Source of the DNA: an uncultured Oscillospiraceae bacterium
GTDB lineage: Bacteria > Bacillota > Clostridia > Christensenellales > CAG-138
Reading direction: 5' to 3'
NCBI GenBank assembly: GCA_964393095.1
Contig: CAYMSL010000001.1
Span: forward strand, 1-53,190
DNA: 53,190 nucleotides
A program made the translations under genes and the position numbers. The notes beneath the pieces are model-generated. The model was given only the letters and a program-made list of their open reading frames with translations, searched no databases and was not told the origin of the DNA. Shown piece by piece: positions 27,995 through 35,818 of the stretch (position 1 is the stretch's first letter; the number at the start of each line of letters is the position of its first letter).

Positions 27995-28492
27995 TCAGTC
28001 CTTGGCCTCAATCGTCCGCGGCGCGGCCATTGCCGCGGCGGCCGTCGAAACCGCCTCGCTCATGGCCCGGTAACCGCCGCAGCGGCACAGATGTCCGCCC
28101 AGCGCCTCTACGATCTCTTCCTTCGACGGGTTGGGATGCCGCTCCAGCAGCGCTTTGGCCGCCACCAGCACGCCCGGGGTGCAGAACCCGCACTGTACCG
28201 CGCTGCGCTCGACAAACGCCTGCTGCAGCGGGTGCAGCGCTTCGTCGCTTGCAAGCCCCTCCACGGTCACGATTTGCGCGCCGTCGGCCTCAGCCGCGAG
28301 TATGATGCAGGAGCGCACGGGCTTGCCGTCCATCAGCACCGCGCACGCGCCGCACTCGCCGTTTTCACAGCCGGATTTCGTGCCGGTCAGCCCCAGCTCG
28401 TCCCGCAAAAAATGCAGCAGCGTCTGCGCGGGGTCCACCTCGGCAAAGATTCGCTCGCCGTTTACGATCATGCTAACCGGAATCCTGCTCAT
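27995..28492 (-). CDS. (2Fe-2S)-binding small subunit of an Xdh/Cox-family molybdoenzyme
   Basis: GCENGECGACAV and CGFCTPG...LCRCGGY cluster motifs. 165 aa. ATGA overlap with the upstream FAD subunit gene. Confidence 0.9.
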   Translation of the reverse strand: MSRIPVSMIVNGERIFAEVDPAQTLLHFLRDELGLTGTKSGCENGECGACAVLMDGKPVRSCIILAAEADGAQIVTVEGLASDEALHPLQQAFVERSAVQCGFCTPGVLVAAKALLERHPNPSKEEIVEALGGHLCRCGGYRAMSEAVSTAAAAMAAPRTIEAKD

Positions 28493-29340
28493 AGCCGCAC
28501 ACCTCGGTTCAGTTCCTCGACCGCCATTTGAATCAGCACGGGCACCATCGCCTTTTTATACTCCGGAGAGGCGCGCATGCTGCTGCGCCGGGGGCTGATA
28601 TCGCCCACGATCGCGGCCGCAGCTTCCTCGAGCAGCCGCTGCGAATACGGAGCGCTGTTGAGGATCTCCTCCGCCCGATGCGCGCGCGCCACGGTGGGCC
28701 ACGCCGCGCCCAGGGCGATGCGGAAGTTTTGGTATCCCTCGCAGTACACCGCCGCGCTGATGCCCGAAAGATCCATGCCCTTGACGCGGCTCCGGCGGTA
28801 ATATTTGCTCTTGCCGCCCGGGCCCGGCGCCTTGAGCGTTACGCCCCTTAGCACCTCGCCAGGCCGCAAATCCACCTTGCCCGGCCCGAGCAAGAACGCT
28901 TCGAGCGGCAGCTCCCGTTCCTCCGCCAGACTCACGAGCCGCACCTTTGCGTCGTAGAGCAGCAGGCCGGGAACGGAATCCGCGGACGGCGAGCCGTTGC
29001 AGATGTTGCCGCCGATGGTCGCGCGGTTGCGGATCTCGTAGCAGCCGATGTGGCCCGCGCCCTCTACGAGCGCGTGGTAGTCCTGCGCCAGCGGATGCTC
29101 GACCACCGCCTGCACGCTCTCCGCCGCGCCGATAAAGATGCCGCCCTCCACGCAATAGATGCCGCGCAACTCCGCAACGCCCTTGAGATCCAGCACGAGG
29201 TTGGGCGTGATCCTGTTTTCCCTGAGCAGCAGCAGAAGATCCGTGCCGCCCGCAAGCAGCTTTGCGCCCTCCGCGGCACTGTATTCGAGCAGTTCGCTTA
29301 ACGTGGCGGGCTTTTCATACCGATAGGAGCCTGTGATCAT
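28489..29340 (-). CDS. FAD-binding medium subunit of an Xdh/Cox-family molybdoenzyme
   Basis: 283 aa. LLAGGTDLLLLL FAD-binding motif, CoxM/XdhB-like. It overlaps both neighbouring genes by 4 nt. Confidence 0.85.
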   Translation of the reverse strand: MITGSYRYEKPATLSELLEYSAAEGAKLLAGGTDLLLLLRENRITPNLVLDLKGVAELRGIYCVEGGIFIGAAESVQAVVEHPLAQDYHALVEGAGHIGCYEIRNRATIGGNICNGSPSADSVPGLLLYDAKVRLVSLAEERELPLEAFLLGPGKVDLRPGEVLRGVTLKAPGPGGKSKYYRRSRVKGMDLSGISAAVYCEGYQNFRIALGAAWPTVARAHRAEEILNSAPYSQRLLEEAAAAIVGDISPRRSSMRASPEYKKAMVPVLIQMAVEELNRGVRL

Positions 29341-31655
29341 ACCTCTTCACCTCCGACGCGCGCAGAGATGATCCGATCCGCCGAAGCGGGGAGCGAATGG
29401 AAGCGCAGGCCCGTTGCGTCATAGATCGCGTTGAGCAGCGCCGGGGCCGTGCCGACCGCGCCGTGTTCGCCGATTCCCTTCGCGCCGTACGGGCCGGTTT
29501 CCTCGGGCGTCTGCACGAAGATCACCTCGCTTTGGCAGGGGATGTCCTCGATGCCCGGTATCTTGTAATCCACGAGCGTGTCGTTGCGCACCTTTCCCGT
29601 CTTGGGGTCGAACACCACCGTCTCGCAAAGCGCGCTACCCGCCGCCATGAGCATCGCGCCGCACACCTGCTCTCTTGCAAGCCCCGGGTTGATGATGGTT
29701 CCGGCGTCGATGGCGTTGAGCAGCCTTAGCACCGTGACCTCGCCCGTGCGCTGGTCCACGGCCACCTCCGCCCCCACGCAGCCGAACGTCCAGTCCGCGG
29801 CGGCGCTGCCCTGCCCCGTCTCGGCGTCGTGGTTCTGCACGCCCTGCGGCACAAAGCTGCCGATCCCCGACACGGGCCGCGTGATGGCCGTGCCGTCCGG
29901 ATTGCATAAACCGGTGGCAAACCTGCCCCAGTCGATGGAGCGATCGCCGCAGCGCACCTCGCCCGCGTGCGCCGTTACCTGATCGGCCGGCACGCCGAAC
30001 ACCTTAGCGCCCTCTTGACACAGCTTGCGCTTGAGATCCTCGGCCGCAAGCAGCACGGCGTTGCCCGAGCCCCATGTCGAACGGCTGGCCACCGTTTGCC
30101 AATCGTAGGGGGAGGTCAGCGTGTCCACGCAGTATTGGAAATGCACCTTTTCAAATGGAATACCCAGGGCCTCCGCGCCGATCTGCGCAAGCGCCGTATG
30201 CAGGCCCTGCCCCATATCCACCGCCCCCGTGCTCATGCTGACGCTGCCGTCGGCGTTGAGCTTGATCAGGGCACCAGACTGCGCGTTGCTCGGCATGCAC
30301 GGCGTCTTCATATAGGCGGCCATGCCGCGGCCAACGGTGATATGCGCGGGAAGTTCCGGCTTTACCGCGCCGAAAAGCTTTTCGGATATGATGCGCGTGC
30401 ACGCAACGACATCGCCGTTGGAAATATGCATGGTCTGACCGATGCCGTTTTGATCCCCCGCGCGCAGCAGGTTTTTAAGCCGCAGTTCCTGCGGCGGTAT
30501 GCCGAGCTTCTCCGCCGCCACGTCCATGAGGCTTTCCACCGCGAGGTGCACCTCCGGGTGCCCGTAGCCGCGCGCGGCGCCGATGGGCGGCGTATTCGTG
30601 TACACGCCGTATACGTCGAGCCGCAGATCGTCCACGCGGTAAGGCCCCGTTCCGGCCGATGCCATGCCGGTGATGATGTTTATGGCATAGTCCGCGTTTC
30701 CGCCGCTGCCCATAACGGATTCGCCCGTCATGGCGAGCAGACGGCCGGTTTTGTCGAACCCGAGCCGGTAACGGCAGTTGCTGTTACGTCCGTGGGTGGT
30801 TCCGCAGAACAACTCCTCGCGGCTAAGCAGCAGCCGCACGAAGCGGCCCGGCACCTGCCTTGCGACGCAGGCCACGAGCGCCTCGATCGTAATATCCGAT
30901 TTGCCGCCGAACCCGCCGCCGAGAAACGGCGCAACGACGCGGATGCGGTTGTAGGGAATCTCCAGCAGTTCCGCAATGGTCGTCTGCACGATAAACGGCG
31001 CCTGCGTCGTGGCGTACATCAGCATCGAATCGTCGCGCCCGTAGCAGGCAACCGCGCAGTGCGGTTCCATCTGGGCGTGGACGATGGAGGGGAAACGGTA
31101 TTCCCCCTCCACCACGCAATCCGCCTCGCCGAGCGCACGTTCGGCATCGCCCTTGCGGATTTTAAAATGCTGGTAGGTGTTGTGCCCCTCCCGGTGGACA
31201 TAGGGCAGCACCGGGTACTCCATGAGCTTTTCGTGCAATACGGGAGAGGACGTCTCTTTCGCCTCCCAGGCGTCGAGCACAAACGGCAGCGGCTCGTAAT
31301 CGACCTTGATGGCCTTGAGCGCACGCTCGGCCTCGCGCTCGCTGCGCGCCACAACCGCCGCCACCGGCTCGCCGATATAGCGGACTTTTTCCCTGGCGAT
31401 CGGATGCTGATCCTTTATGGCAACGCCGAAGGGGCCGGGCACGTCATGCCCCGTGACCACCTTGACGACGCCGGGCATATCGGCAGCCTCCGCCGTATCC
31501 ACGCCGCGTATGTTCGCGTGCGCGTATGTCGAGCGCAGCACCTTGATGTGCAGCAGGTTCGGAAAACGCATGTCGGCGGTGTAGAGCGTAGCGCCGGTCA
31601 CCTTTTCCACGCCGTCCATCCTGCTTGGGCTGGCGCCCACGGTTTGAAAAGCCAT
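29337..31655 (-). CDS. molybdopterin-binding large subunit of an Xdh/Cox-family hydroxylase
   Basis: 772 aa. N-terminus RMDGVEKVTGATLYTADM. GGGFGGK, GQGLHTALAQIGAEALGIP and GIGEHGAVGTAPALLNAIYDATG are hallmark motifs of aldehyde oxidase/xanthine dehydrogenase large subunits. Confidence 0.9.
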   Translation of the reverse strand: MAFQTVGASPSRMDGVEKVTGATLYTADMRFPNLLHIKVLRSTYAHANIRGVDTAEAADMPGVVKVVTGHDVPGPFGVAIKDQHPIAREKVRYIGEPVAAVVARSEREAERALKAIKVDYEPLPFVLDAWEAKETSSPVLHEKLMEYPVLPYVHREGHNTYQHFKIRKGDAERALGEADCVVEGEYRFPSIVHAQMEPHCAVACYGRDDSMLMYATTQAPFIVQTTIAELLEIPYNRIRVVAPFLGGGFGGKSDITIEALVACVARQVPGRFVRLLLSREELFCGTTHGRNSNCRYRLGFDKTGRLLAMTGESVMGSGGNADYAINIITGMASAGTGPYRVDDLRLDVYGVYTNTPPIGAARGYGHPEVHLAVESLMDVAAEKLGIPPQELRLKNLLRAGDQNGIGQTMHISNGDVVACTRIISEKLFGAVKPELPAHITVGRGMAAYMKTPCMPSNAQSGALIKLNADGSVSMSTGAVDMGQGLHTALAQIGAEALGIPFEKVHFQYCVDTLTSPYDWQTVASRSTWGSGNAVLLAAEDLKRKLCQEGAKVFGVPADQVTAHAGEVRCGDRSIDWGRFATGLCNPDGTAITRPVSGIGSFVPQGVQNHDAETGQGSAAADWTFGCVGAEVAVDQRTGEVTVLRLLNAIDAGTIINPGLAREQVCGAMLMAAGSALCETVVFDPKTGKVRNDTLVDYKIPGIEDIPCQSEVIFVQTPEETGPYGAKGIGEHGAVGTAPALLNAIYDATGLRFHSLPASADRIISARVGGEEV

Positions 31656-31689
31656 ATCCTTCTCCTTGGGTATGCGCCTAAGCTTCGCG

Positions 31690-32898
31690 TCAGCGGGGAA
31701 TCGTAACTTCCTTGCCGTTCTTGATCACGTGCAGCGGCGGCTCATGCTCCCAGATTGCATGGTAGACGTCCTCGGCCTGCAGCACCACAAGATCGGCGTT
31801 GCCGCCTACCTCGAGCACGTGTCCGCGGATGCCCAGCACCTTGGCGGCCGAAGTCGTGATCATATCGTAGAGAAGCTCCATGTCCGCAAACGACGTCATC
31901 CACATCAGATGGACGGCGAGGAAGGCGATCTCGAGCATGTTGCAGCGTCCGAAGGGATAGTACGCGTCCGCGATATCGTCCTGCCCAAGCGCCACCGGGA
32001 TGCCGGCCGCCGCAAGATCCCGCACGCGCGCGTACAGCGGGCCGGTGTGCGGATCGGCCACGAGACCGATGCCCGCCTTTTTGAGCAGCGCCACGAGCTT
32101 GCGGAAATAGTTCTCGCCATAGAGCGCCATGGCGCGGCAGTGCTGGGCGGTTACGCGGCCCTGCCAGCCCTCCTTGATGGTGCGAAGGGCTGCCATTTCG
32201 AGCGTCCGCTCCTCGGCGTCGCCCACGTCGTCGAGCAGCATGGAGACGTTGCGGTTGTGCTTGACTGCAATGTCGAACATCCGATCGACATGCGCCTGCT
32301 CGTCGGCCTTCGTAAATTCGATCCACGGGATGCCGCCCACCACCTCCGCGCCCATCTCCAGCGCCTTGAGCACATAGCCCTCGGCCTCCGGCTCGCGAAC
32401 CACGCCGTCCTGCGGGAAGGCAACCACCTGGAGTTCTACTTTATCCTTGTATTCCTCGCGCGCCTTGAGCAGCGCCTTGATGCCCTCGAGCCTGGCCTTG
32501 GAATCCACGTCCGCAAAGGCGCGGATGTGCGTGTTGCCGTAGCGCAGCGCAAGGTCGCAAACCCGCCGCACATTCGGCAGTATCCACGATTCGTCGTAGG
32601 CGGCCTTGAAATCCGCCGCGCGCTCAATCGCCGTCATCGCGCCGCCCATGCCGCCCTGGTGATATTCTCCAAGCGCCGCCTGGCCGGCCATTTCCAGCGT
32701 GTATACCTTGCACAGATGCAGATGGCCGTTGATAAAGGACTCGGTCACAAGCCGGCCGCCGGCGTCGATCACCTTTTCCGCCTCTTTGGGGAGATTGGGC
32801 GCGATCGCGATGATCTTGCCGTCCTGTATGCCAATCGAGAGCAGTTCCGCGTTTCCGCGGCGCGTACGCGCGTTGGTGATTAACAAATCGTAAGCCAT
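31690..32898 (-). CDS. CodA-like amidohydrolase (cytosine deaminase / AtzC / creatinine deaminase subfamily)
   Basis: 402 aa. It appears colinear with E. coli CodA, recalled from memory: DGKIIAI, HxH metal motif (NGHLHL), QVVAFPQDG, VVGGIPWIEF, VTAQHCRAM, ALGQDD. It is the first gene of the operon, with RBS GGGAGGAAAG. Confidence 0.75.
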   Translation of the reverse strand: MAYDLLITNARTRRGNAELLSIGIQDGKIIAIAPNLPKEAEKVIDAGGRLVTESFINGHLHLCKVYTLEMAGQAALGEYHQGGMGGAMTAIERAADFKAAYDESWILPNVRRVCDLALRYGNTHIRAFADVDSKARLEGIKALLKAREEYKDKVELQVVAFPQDGVVREPEAEGYVLKALEMGAEVVGGIPWIEFTKADEQAHVDRMFDIAVKHNRNVSMLLDDVGDAEERTLEMAALRTIKEGWQGRVTAQHCRAMALYGENYFRKLVALLKKAGIGLVADPHTGPLYARVRDLAAAGIPVALGQDDIADAYYPFGRCNMLEIAFLAVHLMWMTSFADMELLYDMITTSAAKVLGIRGHVLEVGGNADLVVLQAEDVYHAIWEHEPPLHVIKNGKEVTIPR

Positions 32899-33245
32899 GT
32901 GTCTTTCCTCCCGTTTGCTTATTGCTTATATTGAAGGTCCCTCGCGCCGCGGGGGATGCCCGCCCTGTTGCGGAGGCCTCAAAAGCCGCTCTTTGCGATG
33001 GCCTTTTCCCGCGCTTTACAGCGTATCGTCGCGTCCTAAATGCGTTTGTCCTGCGTAACGCCTAAACCCGTTCTCGGTGCTCACAAAGAAAACGGGCCGC
33101 AAACATCGGGAAACGCCAAGACGCTCTTCCTTTGACATCACTTTTCCTCGCCGCCGGGGAGTTTTTCAGATTTTCGTTGTAACGCGTAAAAAGCAGATCG
33201 CTGTCGGGTTGTATACGTGAAGAATTTCGAAGGAACGAATGGTCG

Positions 33246-33257
33246 GTAACCGGTTAC
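33246..33257. promoter_or_regulatory. candidate LacI-family operator (perfect 12-bp palindrome GTAACCGGTTAC)
   Basis: The palindrome lies immediately downstream of the -10 of the minus-strand operon promoter. It has LacI/PurR-type half-site character (GTAAC-CG-GTTAC). Confidence 0.45.
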
Positions 33258-33270
33258 ATTACGTTTTCAA

Positions 33271-33297
33271 TTTATATCACGAACGTGCGCTTGTCAA
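33271..33297 (-). promoter_or_regulatory. candidate promoter of the amidohydrolase-molybdoenzyme-ABC operon
   Basis: Minus strand: TTGACA (33297-33292), 15-16 nt spacer, TATAAA/ATAAAT (33276-33270). This would leave a ~360-nt leader before the ATG at 32898. Confidence 0.45.
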
Positions 33298-33421
33298 GAG
33301 TGCAGCAAGAAAAAATTGCATGGTTTGCGATCCGATCCTTCATTTTCGACATCCGAACCCGCCGGGACGGGCCGAGCGGGCAAAGCGGTGCGCCCTTCTT
33401 CGCGCCTGTTTCTGCATGCGC

Positions 33422-33450
33422 TTGTAAGCGCGATGAGCACATGATATACT
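33422..33450 (+). promoter_or_regulatory. candidate promoter of the LacI-family regulator gene
   Basis: TTGTAA (33422-33427), 17 nt spacer, TATACT (33445-33450). Confidence 0.4.
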
Positions 33451-33557
33451 GCCCTCAAGGGTTTGGGCTGCTTGTATCTATTTATGCCGAATCCCGCCGC
33501 CATCGAATCGCCGGCGGCGGTCTGTGCGGCCGCGTCAAAGCCTTGCGGCGGGGGGAT

Positions 33558-34586
33558 ATGACGGTGAATATCAGGGAGATTGCAAAAGAAGCCAGCGTTT
33601 CCGTTGCAACCATATCCCGCGTGCTGAATCACCCGGAGGTCGTCCAGGCCGATACGCGCGAGCGCGTGCTGGATATTATGAAGCGCAACAACTATACCCC
33701 GAATTGGTGCGCACGGGGCCTGAGCCTAGGCAAAACCCGCACGATCGCTCTGTTTATCCCCAATATCGAGATGGAAAAATATCAGATGGTGATGTCCGGC
33801 GCGGAGACCGTGGCGATGAACAAGGGCTATAACCTGTTTATCTGCAGCACGCGCTATGACCCGCAGATGGAGAACAATCATCTGGATATGATCATTCAGC
33901 GGAAGGTGGACGGCGTGATGCTGGCCGGCTCCAGGCTTTCGGAGCGGCGTTACGACGAACTTCTCGATCTCTCGCTCCCCTTCGTTTGCGTCGGCGTACA
34001 GCAGGAGCACAGGCGCTACGACTGCTGCAGCATCAACTACAGCGACGGCGTATACCGTCTCGCGACCCATATGATCAAGATGGGGCACTTTTCCATCGAC
34101 CTGCTGCTCAACGATATGCTACCCGAGGAATCCCGCATGATCTACGACGGCTTCTGCCAGGCCGTCGAGGATTCGGGCGAGGATATACAAAGCCGTACCT
34201 TCGAGGTGGACCTTGGCATGCAGGGGGGCTATTTCTTCGCCCAGCGCATGATGCAATCCACAAGCCTGCCCCGCGCCGTCATCACCTACAACGACGCGCA
34301 GGCGTTCGGCATCATGAAATCCGCCCAGGCTTCGGATATCAAGATACCCTCCGAGCTCGCGCTGGCGGCGCTGTCGGAATCCCCGGTGGCCGCCCTGATC
34401 ACGCCGGCGCTGACCACGCTCGAACTGCCCGATAAAAAGCTCGGCATGGTGGCCGCACGCATGCTGATCGACCGGATTGAGGGCACCTCCGCAGAAGATA
34501 CCGGCCAGGAGATCATTCTCCAGCCCAAGCTCAAGGTGCGCCACTCCTGCGGCAACACGAAATTTATCTACGAGCTTTTCGACTAA
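33558..34586 (+). CDS. LacI/PurR-family transcriptional regulator
   Basis: Trimmed to MTVNIREIAKEASVSVATISRVLNHPEVV..., a canonical LacI HTH. A periplasmic-binding-protein-like effector domain follows. Confidence 0.9.
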   Translation: MTVNIREIAKEASVSVATISRVLNHPEVVQADTRERVLDIMKRNNYTPNWCARGLSLGKTRTIALFIPNIEMEKYQMVMSGAETVAMNKGYNLFICSTRYDPQMENNHLDMIIQRKVDGVMLAGSRLSERRYDELLDLSLPFVCVGVQQEHRRYDCCSINYSDGVYRLATHMIKMGHFSIDLLLNDMLPEESRMIYDGFCQAVEDSGEDIQSRTFEVDLGMQGGYFFAQRMMQSTSLPRAVITYNDAQAFGIMKSAQASDIKIPSELALAALSESPVAALITPALTTLELPDKKLGMVAARMLIDRIEGTSAEDTGQEIILQPKLKVRHSCGNTKFIYELFD

Positions 34587-34600
34587 GGGGGCGTAAGGAA

Positions 34601-35713
34601 ATGAACCTGTCCGTCGAACTGGGAGGACTGACGCTGAAGAATCCGGTCATGGTCGCCGCCGGACCCTGGTCTGGCAGCGTGGAGGGCGTGCGCAGATGCA
34701 TCGAGATGGGCGCGGGCGCCGTGGTGACCGAAACCATCGCGATGGAAACGCAGCCGTCGCTGCACCCTTACTTCCACGTGAGCGGAAACCAGGTGTTCAA
34801 CATCAAGCTTTATTCGAGCATATACCTCGAGCAGTGGGAGAAGAACCTTGCCGATCTCGATAAATGCGGGGCCAAGCTCATCTGTAGTATCTGGGGCGAT
34901 ACGACGTCCGAAATCCGCTATCTGGCCGCCTGCGTTGAGCGGATGGGGGCCGACGCCATCGAGCTGAGCCTATCCGCTCCGATCGGAACGCGCTACCGTT
35001 CGTTTTTCACGCACCTCGACCATACCGCACGTCTCGTAGAAGCCGCGGTCAAGGCCGTCGATCTGCCGGTTCTTGTCAAGCTTCCCTATGAGGCGAGCTA
35101 TTTCCCCGAAATGCTGCAAACGGCCTATGACGCCGGGGCGAAGATCGTAACCGCGATCGACGCGCTCAAGGGTCTCAGCGGCGTGGATGTGGAAAACCGC
35201 CAGACCTGGATGCCCGCTTTCGGCGGGTATTCCGCAGAAAACATACGGCCGATCTCGCTTGCGACCACGGCGATGCTCAAGCAGTATACGCCGTTTCACA
35301 TCTGCAGCTGCGGCGGCATCTTCACCGACGAACACGCGCTGGAGTTCATCATGCTCGGCGCAAGCGCCATACAGCTCGCCTCGGCGATCCACATCGAAGG
35401 CTACGAGGTCATCGGGCGCGTCCTCCAGGGGCTTGAAACATGGATGGGCAAACACGGCTATTCCGACCCCTCCGAGATCCGCGGCGCGGCGCTCTCCTCC
35501 CTGCGGCCCTTCGAGGATATCCCGCCGAAGCCCGTGCGGGCACAGCTGACCGAGCCTTGCGCCACGGAGTGCGATATCTGCCGCCGCGGTTGCATCTACC
35601 AGGCCATCTCCCGGCAGGGCGGCGGCATCGCGCTTGACCAGAAGGCCTGCACCGGCTGCGGATACTGCCTCGCCCGCTGTCCCGAGGAGAAGTTTGTCTG
35701 GGATTGGATTTGA
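34601..35713 (+). CDS. dihydroorotate/dihydropyrimidine dehydrogenase-like TIM-barrel flavoprotein with C-terminal 2x[4Fe-4S] ferredoxin domain (PreA-like architecture, atypical active-site loop)
   Basis: N-terminus LGGLTLKNPVMVAAGPW is DHOD/DPD-like. C-terminal CxxCxxCxxxCP-type motifs (CDICRRGCIYQA, CTGCGYCLARCP). The canonical loop N-x-S-C-P-N reads S-L-S-A-P-I here. Confidence 0.7.
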   Translation: MNLSVELGGLTLKNPVMVAAGPWSGSVEGVRRCIEMGAGAVVTETIAMETQPSLHPYFHVSGNQVFNIKLYSSIYLEQWEKNLADLDKCGAKLICSIWGDTTSEIRYLAACVERMGADAIELSLSAPIGTRYRSFFTHLDHTARLVEAAVKAVDLPVLVKLPYEASYFPEMLQTAYDAGAKIVTAIDALKGLSGVDVENRQTWMPAFGGYSAENIRPISLATTAMLKQYTPFHICSCGGIFTDEHALEFIMLGASAIQLASAIHIEGYEVIGRVLQGLETWMGKHGYSDPSEIRGAALSSLRPFEDIPPKPVRAQLTEPCATECDICRRGCIYQAISRQGGGIALDQKACTGCGYCLARCPEEKFVWDWI

Positions 35714-35818
35714 CTCTTGCGCGGCTTGTTATACGCAAATTCTCTCCTTGAAATTGCGCATTCGAAAACCGCCAGGCTTTGTTTTTTGTGTTCCGGCGCG
35801 CTTTGAAGCACAGCGGCG

